This document shows, piece after piece, positions 37,080-49,826 of a stretch of 64,000 bases of DNA (positions are counted from its first letter, which is position 1; every line of letters starts with the position of its first letter). The stretch is from Botryllus schlosseri (Eukaryota). The notes under the pieces were generated by a model. That model searched no databases and was not told where the DNA came from. It worked only from the letters and a program-made list of their open reading frames with translations. The position numbers and the translations under genes were made by a program. The DNA lies in assembly GCA_051294905.1 (NCBI GenBank), contig CM119371.1, forward strand, positions 27,902,001-27,966,000, in the 5' to 3' direction.

Positions 37080-37961
37080 GTCTAATACACATCACCTCTT
37101 GAGTAAGTAGTAAAAGTAGTGCATGTACACTCCCAAGAGCAAGAAATAGAAGTTCTTAGTCCCTTTTTCACATAGACTTTTAGTATTGTGTCACATTTGA
37201 AAACATAGCATTTTAACTGTTGTGTATGATTATGAGCTTCAGGCAAAATCAATTCTCTGCCTCGTTCCAGATATATCTCTGTATACTCCTGAACTCTGTA
37301 TAGATAAAGATGCGATTCCACGCGAGTTTGCTTCTACTTTTAGCGTCGGGTGAGTATGACATATGACGTGGTCGCTGATGTGACCTACATCAATATTTTT
37401 ACAATTACAGTCGTGTGCAAAGCAAGTTCTGTTAATAGACAGCAAACGGATCGTGGATTGGTGAGTAAATTGCAGTCATTGCGCATTAACCAGCCGACAT
37501 CAAGTGCTCTTCCTTTCGCCGCCCTTGATACATTTTAGTACATCCCAAAATGCCATACACTGTACTAAACAGAGGTCGTCAGATGTGAAGTAATGTTGTA
37601 TCTATTGGTTTCGCTTGTACTGAAGAGTGTGATCAAGTGGTCAGGTTTTAGACAGCTTCCACTTCTGTCTGAAATAGGTAAAACTAGTAGAGTGGTAATG
37701 TGGGAATATGTGGTACTAGAGTGGTGATGATTTGTACTATAGCCTACCTCGAAAATACCCTATGATTAACTGTAAACATTCAGCAAAACCGTGACCAAAT
37801 CTACTTCATGAAACAATACTCACTTGAGGTGCTTTCGGGACGTCCTAGTAATCCCTACTTCTATATGCACTTGAGTAGATATTCTTGACATTACTTCTAC
37901 TTCTACTTGAGTAGCAAGCTGACTACTTTGACTCCTCTGGAGATTAACTGTTCGTTTAGCG

Positions 37962-38687
37962 CAGGGGTGGCCAACCTTTTCAGCCAAAGCGCTACATTTG
38001 ATTGACGAACTATTGCGCGGGCCACTAGCAACGCTAAGCGCGAAAATTTTTCGAAGTTCATAGGTCAATTGACTATATTGCGGGCCTGCTGTATATCGCT
38101 GGGCTCAGTCTGCAAGGAATGGACTATTCGGCTCCTGGACATATCGATATCGAAAGCTTCGACCAACATGCGTTAATCATTTTGTGCCTATAGGTTTCAT
38201 AGTCGACGGTCTTTCTGCGAGCGCAAACGCCAGGTCGCATATTGTTTGTTGTTTGTTTTTGGGGTATTCACGGTGTTTGTCGGCTACTATGGCCATTTAC
38301 ACCAGGCCGATATTCTTCTTATTTTCCGTAACTGCCGACTTATAGCACGGCCCACCTCTAGGATTTTGTAAGACACCGCTGACGCGGATGAGGTGGCGAG
38401 GAGGAGCCTAGGTAAACCGCCAACACTTAGATATCGGAATTCGGAAGTCGACCTCGGTCGGACTCGAACCCGCACCCATTGGTGTTGCAGCCGCGGATTA
38501 TACCACTGCGCTATCTCGCCACCCAGGTCGCATATGTCGCAAGTGTTCCGGCCGGACTAATCAAATTTTGGGTTGGTGTTGCAAGTTCACAATCTGTGCT
38601 ATCCATTTTTGATTTAATTACTAATTTCGGAAATTACCTCGCGGGCCACTCAAATCCTTTTCGCGGGCCACGGATCGGCCGGCCCTG
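37962..38687. mobile_element. Charlie/Buster-type hAT MITE carrying a SINE
   Basis: caggggtggcc ... ggccggccctg; exact TSD gtttagcg. Confidence 0.88.
38243..38522 (-). mobile_element. tRNA-derived SINE, family 1, full-length
   Basis: A box TAGCGCAGTGG, B box GGTTCGAGTCC, (CAAA/CAA)n tail, exact 13-bp TSD ccaggtcgcatat (38230-38242, 38523-38535). Confidence 0.93.
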
Positions 38688-38816
38688 GTTTAGCGGTAAT
38701 TAATGGCTTGAAATCAATAATATGATATTACCGGCGTTCTGTAATTCGTGTTTATGTGGTTTATATCATTCCTGATGAACAATGATATAATTTCATATAT
38801 TTCCTCTTTACTCTAG

Positions 38817-38928
38817 TACGTGGACTCAAACTTGGTTAACAACAGATACAGGGCGCGTACGCCAAATCGTCAACAGAGGTACTCCCAGACATCCTTGACA
38901 AATTACTGGATTTCTCTATGGCTCAGCA
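38817..38928 (+). CDS. Possible upstream exon of the C-type lectin gene (uncertain)
   Basis: Pyrimidine-rich acceptor ctctag|, strong donor |gtaagt, open in a frame that fits 39907. The peptide is not recognisable, and another phase-compatible donor exists at 39542. Confidence 0.3.
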
Positions 38929-39906
38929 GTAAGTATGAACGTGTATTATCAGAATATATCATGGATCGGTAACGCGTGTCATTTGCACAAGTGACCTGCG
39001 GGGGAATTTTTTTACATCCAAATCAGTCACATTTTTCGAAACAGAAGTTTTGAAAAATTATAAATCGTGACTGGAACCAACGAGTTACCGTTTTTGATGA
39101 CCCAATACGCCAGTTCAGAGAATACCACAACTAATATATTCTACTTATGTCTTAATTTTATCAAAATTCATGAAATATCATCATGAGCGTAAAATCGGTG
39201 CGGTAAGACGCAACTGTGGCTCCCAGATCTCAGCTCAATTGTTCGGATTTCTTGCCTAGTTCGAAAACTAGGAACGAAATCGAAATCTTGCACATGCTGC
39301 ATACTACTTCAGGCTGCGAATTAATATTATTATACCCCTCATCCCCTTTATAAATCATGAAAATGTAACATCACTCAGTAAAATGCAGTCAATGTCACCA
39401 CAAATATGCGCAATGTAAACAAGTGATTTAGATACCGTGGTACATGCAGGGACTATTTACCCCGTACTTTTTATGGCAATTTCTTCTATGGAGGCGATAC
39501 AATTTTGGGCTACCCCGAAATTGGTGTCTACTATACGAGAAAGTAAGCAGTTTTGCCTGATAAACAGCAGATTAGAGTAGATGATACTCTTGGAGATACA
39601 AAACTTCAAAGTGTAATTGAATAATATTACCGTATTGAAATAAACCCGAATCTTCTTGGTTGAAACTCATTTGGGATAATCGTCAGCAACAATCGGAGAA
39701 TTGATAAGTGGAAGTGCAAGTAATCAAACCCTGTTGAGTACTGAGAAAATGTAAAGGCACGTCGTTAGCGACCAACCATATACAAATCATTCGCACGCGC
39801 GAGTTGTTGATACTTAGATATTCAGCCAAAGTTGCCGACCCTTAGACTATAATTTCAGCATCGGCATCGGAATATATTCCAATATCCTTCAAATTGTCCT
39901 TTTCAG

Positions 39907-40063
39907 ACTTATTGGAAAGCTCTTATGACTGGGTGGAGTACGAAGGTTGTCGCTATCGAGTCGGACCGAATGTAGCGACCGCAGAAGAAGCAATATCGGA
40001 TTGTGCCAAAGTTAGCGATGGACACCTTGTTCACATGAACATCAGAACTGCCGACGACCGCCT
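39907..40063 (+). CDS. C-type lectin-like domain protein, penultimate coding exon
   Basis: tttcag|AC..LLESSYDWVEYEGCRYRVGPNVATAEEAISDCAKVSDGHLVHMNIRTADDR..|gtgagt; CTLD N-half pattern (W..Y.G, A...C, GHLV). Confidence 0.85.
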
Positions 40064-41221
40064 GTGAGTGTAATTAACTTCAAACAAAATGGCGTCAGAT
40101 CTGGCACAAGCCGGTGACGTAAGCGGCGGTGGTCGAAATAATCATAGTCTCTAAAATAAAAGAAGACGTAACGGTGTCAATGTCTACTGAGCTACAACTG
40201 AAGGACTACTTTCCAATACGTGTAAAAACTACTTCAAGTTGAAGTAGAGTAGACTATGATAGGTCTGAAAAGCAGTCGAGCAGGTCGTTTCATATCCTAT
40301 ATTCGGCCTGGTAATGACGCACTTTTTAGCAGTTAATCAAATTTGAATACGTTCGAAATCGCAAGAGGCGATGTTTCGTGACTGCTGCAAGAAGGATTGG
40401 AAGATCATAGAGAACTATCCAAGCACACTCTGTGCCACTGTGTCCTCGGCAATACATCTAACATAGTTTCGGCATGTCATGAAATAGGTACTTCGACTTA
40501 TGGTTCAGAATCATCTATGATTATTATGACCAGTAATCAGAGGTGTCAGTAACGACGTACTGCTACTTTTGACGAGAACTCAAATTGTTTTCGCCTTTGC
40601 TTTGCCTACTTAGGCTCTGCCTACCTGCAATACTCACTCCACTGGTCGTGCATTACACTTCGTATTCTTTTAATGTTGTAAATTAGGAAGCAATTTTAGG
40701 GTATATTTGCATCAGTTATCCGTGTGGTCGTCGAAATAGCCGGTAACTGAACTAACACGGTGACTAAATATGTTTTTGAAAAGTGCACATATTAGTAGCT
40801 CCATTAGTTGTTCGAGTTGGTCGCGAAGTTGCACTTCGAAATTTCGTAAGAATATCCGCATCCGAATAACTGCTACGCGACAACTGCTGACTTGAGTGCT
40901 TTTCAATCCTTTTTCAACTCGAATTAGTTTTGACGTGTCTTTGAAATCGCCACCGCTAATTGTAATTGATTATAATTTACGACGTGAGCTGTGTACTTCT
41001 AGCCTAGTAGAAAGTAGAAAGGCTGAATACTTGTGCATGCCTAGGTTCATGTGCTGCTGGATGTCTGATTTCAACTACTTTTCTTATATTTTCATTATAT
41101 CACGAACTTGCAGTTTTCTGTCAGGGTGAAATTATTACCAATAAACAGAACTGAGGTGAACCCTTTCTGACAGTACCAGATCACCATTCTTCCTTGTTTG
41201 AAATCGTTTTCCTGATTTCAG

Positions 41222-41474
41222 TGTGCTTTTCCGTGATCTATTGGGTTTGTCTGAAAATGTTTGGATCGGATTGAAAGACACCGACGGAACAGGGACCGCA
41301 AGTCCCGTTTGGCTCGACGAATCGCCTTATGTCACTGAAAGGATGACATTCGAGATCCCGCCGACAAGCAAGGAATTAAGCATCGGCGCCGCCATTTCAA
41401 TCTCTTACAGAAACATCTTGTTTGCCCCGCCTGCATCGAGATACCACTACGTGTGTGAGGACTGCACAGCTTGA
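41222..41474 (+). CDS. C-type lectin-like domain protein, terminal coding exon
   Basis: tttcag|T phase fits the previous exon; VWIGLKD...VWLDES...YHYVCEDCTA* (WIGL and terminal YVCE motifs). Confidence 0.85.
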
Positions 41475-42194
41475 AGGCGCATAACATTGTAGTTTGCGCA
41501 TCTTTGATAATGTCACATTATCGCATTTATAACGTAATCCGTCAATCCATGTATTATTGTATTAGTTGTATTTTGCGGGCTCGCTCGAGATTAACAGTGA
41601 CGCAGAAAGGCAATTGCTTTGTCCAGTTTATGTTTTCCATTTACAGTACTGTGGCTGCTTTTTTGGCAGTCATGGTGTTACGAACTGTGGTCATTTACAC
41701 CAGGCTGATATTTCTGATCTTCATTACTGGTCCGTTGTTCTGCAGCACACAGACATGGACAACTGGATAATTATAAATGTCCAGTTGGACTAATTAGAGC
41801 AAAATGCTGGTAATGTAATCTTATCTGTTTTGTGAGGTGTAACTTTGCTTGGAATACCAATCACGTTTCTGGTTTTCCTGAAAAAGTTACAGGAGGACTG
41901 TACAGCGCGAAATGAGCCAAGCTTTCTGTACAGACGTTTGTTATTCTAATGCTTATGACAATGAGCTCTGGTTTGATATCAACCGAACTTCATTCAATGT
42001 CCAACTTTTCGCGAATTCAGTAATTCTAATTCAATACTCCAATTCTCGTCTAATTTGAAAAAAAATGCGTCACTATAATTCTTATTCTAATCTAATTTGG
42101 AAAAGATTGAATTTTTTTCTAGCTGTCCAAGTCTGCTATAGTAAGGCTCCATTTTCGTTTTTAGGCTTTTTTGAGACATCGCTTGCGCGCCATA

Positions 42195-42461
42195 GTGGCG
42201 AGATAGCGTAGTGGTGTAATCCACAGCTGCGACACTAATAGATTACGGATGTGAGTCCGGCCACGGTCGATTCTAGAACTCCTATCTAATTGTTGGAGGC
42301 TCAGCTAGGCTCCATCTCGCCATCTCATCCGTGTAAGCGGTGTCTTATGAAAGCCTAGAAGTTGGCCGTGCTGCAGGTCGGCAGCTACGGAATAAAAATG
42401 AAGATATGCCCGATGTAAATGACCATAGTAGTCGACAAACACCACGAATACCAAAACGAAA
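42195..42461 (+). mobile_element. tRNA-derived SINE, family 1 (diverged copy)
   Basis: gtggcgagatagcgtagtgg head, same body and tail; degenerate flanking duplication (cgcttgc.cg). Confidence 0.85.
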
Positions 42462-42761
42462 ACACCGCTTGCACGGATCACATTTATCACAGTAATTGGC
42501 ATTACTTTTCTGTATTGTGTCTATCTCCGTTGTATGGGTGGGGATTCTCAGAACAAATCTTACAATAAAGGAAAGGCTTATGCCCGTATTATAAAAAAAT
42601 TGATAGCACGAGAATTACGTAGTACTCGTATTAAAACGCGATTTAGGACTGACGGAGTTTGGCATTACAAAAATAATCTTAGTCTGCGCCTATCAAATAC
42701 TCGTTTCAGCTTTAGAACCGCGGAATCGCGTCAGAAAGGTGAGTAATACCTACGGTACCGG

Positions 42762-44186
42762 CAGGGCCGTAACAGGACGTCGTCAGGCCCCCCCTCCCAA
42801 AACGTTGGTCCTGGGCCCCCCATAGGGTGATAAATCTAACTTCTGGGGGGCTTCGCCCCCCAGACCCCCCTCAGGCTATACCTTCTTTACCGCTGCTTAT
42901 CATCTGTATTGGGTGTCTGTTTAGTGAGTCAGTTTTTATCGCCTAAACGCGCCAAGCGCGAAAAATTCCTATAATTCATGACTGAATCGGGCAATATGAT
43001 CAGGAATTGCATATACATTGCTATCAATTTTTATCCTTTCTCTGCTCACGTAATCAGATTTACCGGTAGAGCAGAGTGAGGTGTGTTTGAAAGGGTGAGG
43101 ACCCCTCGATAATAAATAAACATCTCCGGATGTATTGTATACCCGTTGGCAGGAACGAAACAACACTTCGTCAGGCCCCAAAAAACTGGAGTCTTGGGCT
43201 CCCATAGGGTGACAAACCGACCCTCCAGGCTGCCACCACGTTGTTCACTTTGCCACGAAAGTATAGATGTATTGCGTAGTAAGCCAGCGCGAGGCGCGAA
43301 AATTTTCGATAATTCAAGATAAAATCGGTCAATAAGATCGGGAATTGCATATATATTGCTATCAATTTCTTGTCCTCTACACTCAGTTGCTCATCAATGA
43401 CCAGAAAAAGACGAAACAAGACCGCAAAAGACAATGTGTTATTCAATTCATGTACTGGGCGCAAATAACCATATGTGCGATAAGCGCCAAAAATGTAATA
43501 AAACAAAACAAACTCAGTTGCTCACGTAATCAGATTTACCGGTAGAGCTGAGTCAGGTGTTGTCTTGGAAAATGTAGAGCGCGTAAATAATAATTAAACA
43601 TCTTCGGGCAGGTTGACCCGTTGGTATGACTTCGTTACATGATGTTATTTCGTGACCTCCTGTCTGCTATATCAAAAATATACAATCGCCGAAACGTACT
43701 AAACTAAAAGATCTCACGATTTCAAATTGGTATTTCTTCACTGGCATATAATTTTTCCCTGCGGGGTGGTATTTGTCTTGTGAGGTTCAGATTGTCCAGA
43801 CAGGAACATTTAGGTGCCAGTCATTTAGGCGCCTATGGACTATTAAACCCACGTGTATTTTGCATATATAACGAAGTTTTCGGTCAACATAAGGGGAGTC
43901 CTTTTCGGCAAAGGTTTTCTCGCTGCCGATCGTTCTGGCACACTTCTTGCAGTCGCATGTTACATGGCCTAAAACTTTATACGTCTTGATGCGTCGTGGC
44001 GAGGTAATGGTCGACGCTGATATGCCCATTTCTATAAATATTCAAGATACTTGGCAGCTTGATAAAGTTGCTTAAATTTTCAAAAAATACTCTATAATTT
44101 ATGCTAATTCACGAAATAATTTTGGGCCCCCTTCGAGCTCGGGCCCCCCCAATTGGGGGGTTTGGGGTGCGGCAGTTACGGCCCTG
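42762..44186. mobile_element. Non-autonomous hAT (CAGGGCCGTAAC TIR) with internal direct repeats
   Basis: Perfect 12-bp TIR cagggccgtaac / gttacggccctg; exact TSD ggtaccgg; second copy at 59452. Confidence 0.92.
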
Positions 44187-44195
44187 GGTACCGGT

Positions 44196-44452
44196 GAGAG
44201 AGGGAGAGAGAGATGATATTCTTTTTCGCCTGCACCATCGAGATGCTTTGACGACGGAGTTGCGATACGGCCCCATGAGGTCATCTAGTCTGTTCCCCCG
44301 TTTTTTTCTCCTCCATGCTATCCGCGATTGCTGAGCGCCTAGCAAGATAGCTGCGGATACCAATTTTCGTATGACCCGGCCGGGGATCGAACCCACGACC
44401 TGCCGCTCGAGAAGCCGGACGCATAACCATTACACTATCTCGCTATCTCTCG
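44196..44452 (-). mobile_element. tRNA-derived SINE, family 2
   Basis: Minus strand: gcgagatagtgtaatgg (A box) ... GGTTCGATCCC (B box), then a body different from family 1 and a (TC)n tail. Confidence 0.75.
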
Positions 44453-45111
44453 GTTCGGCACCCTAGCTTATGGTTACTCGAGCGGCTCATTTTTCTAGTT
44501 CTGGACAACAATGGTCGGTCACACCTGGCTCGCCTATAAAACAGAAGAGAAGCATGTCTGAAAGTAAAAGCAGTGCGGTACGTGTAGCATGGAGCCAGTT
44601 CTCGCGTTCTTCAGGGTTTGAGCAATTTGCCTTTGGTTAACTGCATTCCCGCCAGCAGTTGGTAAACAAAGGACGCCAACTGGAGGCACTTGATATCCGT
44701 GCATGTCAACATCCAAGTCACGATGCTCGAACATTCCACTGAATGAATACTGATGTGCGCTCGAGATTATCGGATTTCCATCTGATATATCTATTTAGCC
44801 TGCTGACATATACCACTTCATTTCCATCGCTTGTACTTTTTGTGTTATTTTATGTATTAGTGTTGATTTAGTGTACATTCCTCTTATATTATATACATGT
44901 TCCAGGCCAAGGTGGGTGTTTGATTGAAATACTATTGAATGACGTTTCGTCTTCTCCCTATCGATTAATTTATCGAAATCTCGCGCTGTTTTGATACGAT
45001 TACATTATTAATAGGACGATTTTTTGACATGTCAAAAAAGTCAAAATTCATTACTGAACAAGACATTGGTTCTTCTGTCAAGAAGCGCATGATGAAAAAT
45101 GTGATGTAGAC

Positions 45112-46675
45112 CAGTGGTTCTCAACCGCCGGTCCGCGTACCGGTGCCGACATTCCTACCGCTCCGCCAGGTATATTAGCCTACAATTTTATCCCTTAATT
45201 TCATGATGCAATGCTGAAGGCTTGTCCATTGATAAAATAAATACAACATCAGATTTTAAACTGATTCAGAACATCGTGAGGTAACATTAGGGCTGGAAAC
45301 ATGTTTGAATTGAATTTAAGTTCAAGACGTGTCCTTTTACGACATGCGAGCGACAAGTAGGCTACAGGACGGATACGAGCTGACTCATCGCTAAACAGTG
45401 CAGTTTGCGGCGCCGAGTTTGAAAAGAGACCAAAATTATTTTGCAAATGAGCATAGATCATAGCGTATATTTTGAAACTTTTTCCAACATTTTCAAATTT
45501 ATTTTCGCGCATTGAGTGTCACTAAATATTATGCTTTAGGTTCCATTCTCAGAGAAATACGCATGATTTATCGAAATCGCGATTTTGGCGTTAGCCATTA
45601 CCGCGCCACGACGTACCAACACATAATGAAGTTTAGGCTAACATGTGACTCCGAAAGGTGTTCCAAAAATTCGGCAGCGAGAAAACCGATTCAGGCCTGA
45701 ATGATCGAAAATTTTCGCTAGTGGCGCGGTAAACCTACATTTCACATAAACTCTCTGCTTATACTGAGTAGAATGAATGTGCTCACAAGTATAGGTGAAC
45801 AGATCGACCCAACTGTAGGGTCTGGGAGCGAAGCCCCCGTAAGTTTGGCTTATCGCACTGCGGGGGACCAAAACCAACGTTTTTTGGGGTCGACTGACGA
45901 AGTGCTGTTTTGGCTCGGATTTGCGAATGGCCCGTATAGCTGATGTAAAGTGAATTCTTGTGGTACGCATTGTGTTCGTAGTGGCCAGAGTAACCTGCGT
46001 CTGGTGGCAATGGGCAATGAGCAAGGTAGCACGACAAGATGCTTGGTTCTACTGACTCCGAAATGTTTTTTCTCTCGATATTTGTAAAGATAAGAATATT
46101 ATTTGAGTTGGCGTGAAAGACTAGGAACGACTTTCGGTGGTAGCACTTTTATCTGGACAAGGCAATTTTACCTCGATTCAGCAGACTCGCTACCATAAAA
46201 TCACATGAAGATAATTAATTACGATTAAAATCCTCTAAATGACACACTGTAACACCATATAATTCCTAAATATGGGGACATATTTTACATTTTTGCTTCA
46301 TTTCAATTTTTAAAGTTCACCGGTCCGTCAGACATTTTTTGAAATTTTACTGGTCCGCGAAAGATGTGGCGAGATAGCGCAGTGGTATAATCCGCGGCTG
46401 CAACACCAATGGGTGCGGGTTCGAGTCCGACCGAGGTCGACTTCCGAATTCCGATACCTAAGTGTTGGAGGTTTACCTAGGCTCCTCCTCGCCACATCAT
46501 CCGCTTCAGCGGTGTCTTACAAAAGCCTAGAGGTGGGCCGTGCTATAAGTCGGCAGTTACGGAATATAAGAAGAATATCGGCCTGGTGTAAATGACCATA
46601 GTAGTCGACAAACACCATGAATACCACAAAACCAAACAAACTGGTCCGCGAGGTGAAAAATATTGAGAACCACTG
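45112..46675 (+). mobile_element. Composite Charlie/Buster-type hAT element (contains a CAGGGCCGTAAC-family fragment and a SINE)
   Basis: cagtggttctcaa / ttgagaaccactg; flanks atgtagac / atgcagac (1 mismatch). Confidence 0.88.
46366..46639 (+). mobile_element. tRNA-derived SINE, family 1, full-length
   Basis: GTGGCGAGATAGCGCAGTGG...GGTTCGAGTCC...(CAAA)n; nearly identical to 38243..38522; actggtccgcga repeated on both sides. Confidence 0.93.
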
Positions 46676-46683
46676 ATGCAGAC

Positions 46684-46857
46684 AACATTGTCAGAATAAA
46701 GCAACACGATATTTCACCAGCAGTGTACGCACAACTTCGGTGTAGCCAGCTGACAACTGCTGTTGTTGAATGTTCTTTTTCCATTCTTAGTAAAGGCAGA
46801 CACTTTCTACCCGAGAATGTAGGAAAGTGTCTTTCATTGTATTACTACAAATTTTAA
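46684..46857 (+). pseudogene. C-terminal fragment of an older hAT-like transposase, interrupted by 45112..46675
   Basis: QLTTAVVECSFSIL..R.F.PENV resembles the hAT C-terminal T S..VERSFS motif. Confidence 0.55.
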
Positions 46858-47292
46858 TTATTTCTACCATAATGCATGATGCAACTACTGGAATTATTCT
46901 TCATATGCCCATATTTTTAAATAGTTTTTTCATGTAAACATTTGTCAGTTTATCGGTAAAAAAGGTTTTTTTCATGACAAACTACTTTGTCGGAACTGCC
47001 AGTTCTAAGATAAGCAATACAATTCTAGCATTATGTGCGAAAACGCCTACTGTACAAGTACATGCATGAGGGCAAAATTTTGTCAAAGTAAAGTTTTCTA
47101 AGGTAAAAAAGGTAAAGAATTAGATTTTTAGGTAAAAATCTTCCATTTATAGGTCAAAATATTCGCTCTAATTATTACTAAACTGAACTGACATAGGCCT
47201 ACGAGTGTCCGTTAGACTCGAAAAAAATCGATTCGAGTTTGACATATTAGCAAATAAAGGCGTGACTCAGTTTTGACATTCCAATAAAGCTT

Positions 47293-47575
47293 TTGAAGAA
47301 CTTCTTGGAAGTACAGTACTTCAGTATACAATTGAATAGTATATTCATATTGAAATGAGACCCGAATATTTTCGGCTGACACTCTTCAGGGGTAATCGAC
47401 AGGAACAAGTAGAGAATAAGAAATAACATTGTATATCGATTGTTGCGATTGTTACGATTGTTGATATACAATGTTCTTTCTAATTCTCTACTAGTTGCTG
47501 ACGATTATCCCTGGCGAGTGTTTGCCGGAAATATTCGGGTTTCTTTGCAATATGAATATACTATTCAATTGTATA
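47293..47575. repeat. Long palindromic (foldback) element
   Basis: ~105-bp arms (tatacaattgaatagtatattcatattg...cattgtatatc and its reverse complement) around a (cgattgtt)x3 centre. Confidence 0.85.
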
Positions 47576-49826
47576 ATAAAGCTTTTGTGTTACCCTTGGA
47601 AAATGAAGATTTTCCGGCGTCGAAACTATAATGTACCTCCTCCGTCAGTCATGTTTATGTGCGATTTGGTCACGGTAGCGACAAGGACTTCCTCTTTACG
47701 CACATAACTCGACCTCCATACGCAAATTGATTTTGTCTAAAAACATGAATTGGACCCAACCACACTCGTGCGGCTTATAAGGCCTGAGTGTAAACATAGA
47801 GCTTTGTATTTATGTATCACGATGATCGACTCACGATGTAGTGATTGTGATAGGCGAATTCCGTCTCGTAGAATATATTTCGTAGTTAGATTTGAGGTCG
47901 CAAAATGCTTTAAAGCTTTAGCTGTCGGTTACGGCGAGGTCGTTTCAGTTACGACATTGTGCCGTGTCGATTGGTAACAATGTAGATTCACTGCTCGTTA
48001 TGTATCGCAATGTCGCGATGTTCCAACTGAGAAAAAACAATCACATAAGATATACGGTGATCAGATGGTGTCGCCTCCGTTCACGCAATAGCTCTGGCGA
48101 GATCCGTAATCAGTCGAACAAGCCCGCTCGCTGAAGATTTAAAATAGGCAGAAGGGAATATTAGTGTGGGTTGTACGACTATAAGTCAAGTTAGCGACAT
48201 GCAAATAAGTGTTGATGCTAGGTAAATTCTTATTTGCATAATCCCGCGACATCAAGCAACATTTTCCTCATTCGAACGATTTCAAGTCGTCACCGCGATG
48301 TATAACAAAAGATCCTGATACAAACTTTACCGCGTTAGCATTCGTTGAAAGAGAAATTAGAAAGAAATTACACATTGGTATTAATATTTGTCTGATGTGA
48401 TACGGATGTCATCCGATATAAGATCCCGTGACAAATCACAGCGCAAACCTGCGATTGGAGTCGGGTCTGGCGCTGTTGTGTCTGTTGGGCAATATATAGC
48501 GTCCTTGTTACGAAATCATTCGTCTTGTTGCTATGGTTTGTCAGAAATCACCACTATCAAGAGAAGGCCGTGGTCATATGAGCATGCAACAATTGGGCAT
48601 GCGAAACATGATCATGTGGGTAAAATTACGGGTTTCGGGAGGATTAGTTTTATATTTAGGGATGGATTAGGGACTTGGGGTTATGGTTAGGGTTGGAATA
48701 TATATTAGGGATAACTTCAGGGTTGTGTGTGGGGTTAGGCATAGCTTTGGTGATATAAAGTCAAATGCTTAAGTGACGCATGCTAAAGTGTCCATTATCA
48801 ACTGTCGTTTTTCATTGTGTCCCAGTCTCATATTCTCGGGCAATCATCGAGAGGGTATTACAAAGACACCAGTCAAATAACGTTTGCGGCTAGGTTATTC
48901 ATTTGCGTTAGATTGTTCGTGCGTAATCATTGTTAGTTGCGACAGTATAACTACGATAGGTTTTCTTTCTACTCAATGTACAAGTGCAAGAATCGATTTC
49001 CTATCCCTATCAAAACCACTTCAAGTGCATTAGAAAATGAAAGGTTGGAAAAGCGCTCAAGTAAGTGGCGCTGAGACCGGATTTTGGTAGACATTCGCAG
49101 ATATCCCCTTTCCAAATTGCAAGATGCATATTTGCAACTAAAGCAAAAGGACTCATGACCCCACAAATATTATTTTATACAGGGGTTATGATGCCAATTT
49201 AACCCCTAAACGTGTAACCAACATATCCCAAAACCACTCTTAGCTTTCAAAATTCCAAGTCTTAAAAGTAAGTAGTTTGGACTTCAAGACTGTGAAATTG
49301 AAGTAGTAGTCCAAAGACATAAGAGCCTGAGTGAATATGTAGTAGAAGTAGGTAATACCTATTTAGGTACTCCGAAAAAGTATACCTCATTACTGACAAT
49401 CTCCGGAGCTACGTTACTCGTAATTGTATACTCAAATCTATAAACCTATAATTTCTACTTCGCGGTACGAATTTTGTGGTAACATCTTGTTTCTTATGTT
49501 CGGTACATATGATTCTATTACAACAATCGATGTGTATGCTATTTACGTTGGTTGGCGGACGTCCTGTGATAAACTCACAATGAGGTCATCCAGCCAGCAA
49601 AGAATCAAATATCAGCTTACAAAATACTTGTAGCATCACCTATAAAAGAAAGCCGTTCATTCTTGTACCATAATAGTATAAAGTCAGTTCGGTATCGGAT
49701 CAAGACGGACGTGTCAAGCATCCAATGACGATTTGCATATGGCATATGTGCTTGGAAAATAATTAACTTTAAACTATTTGCGACAATACTCGGGTCTGAA
49801 GTGACTTCAGTAGCGATCCGGATATC

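Noticed and set aside
35075..37939. Apparent TIR pair cagagggggtcaaagtagtcag / ctgactactttgactcctctg
   Set aside because: No matching TSD and other ends of this family lie nearby, so the two ends cannot be paired with confidence.
44534..44640. TATA-like ctataaaa followed by a 28-codon ORF
   Set aside because: ATG is too close to the TATA element, the peptide is unrecognisable, and such motifs occur by chance in AT-rich DNA.
46366..46440. tRNA gene (A and B boxes, GCA triplet)
   Set aside because: No convincing acceptor stem; it continues into a ~200-bp shared body and simple-repeat tail with TSDs, so it is a SINE head.
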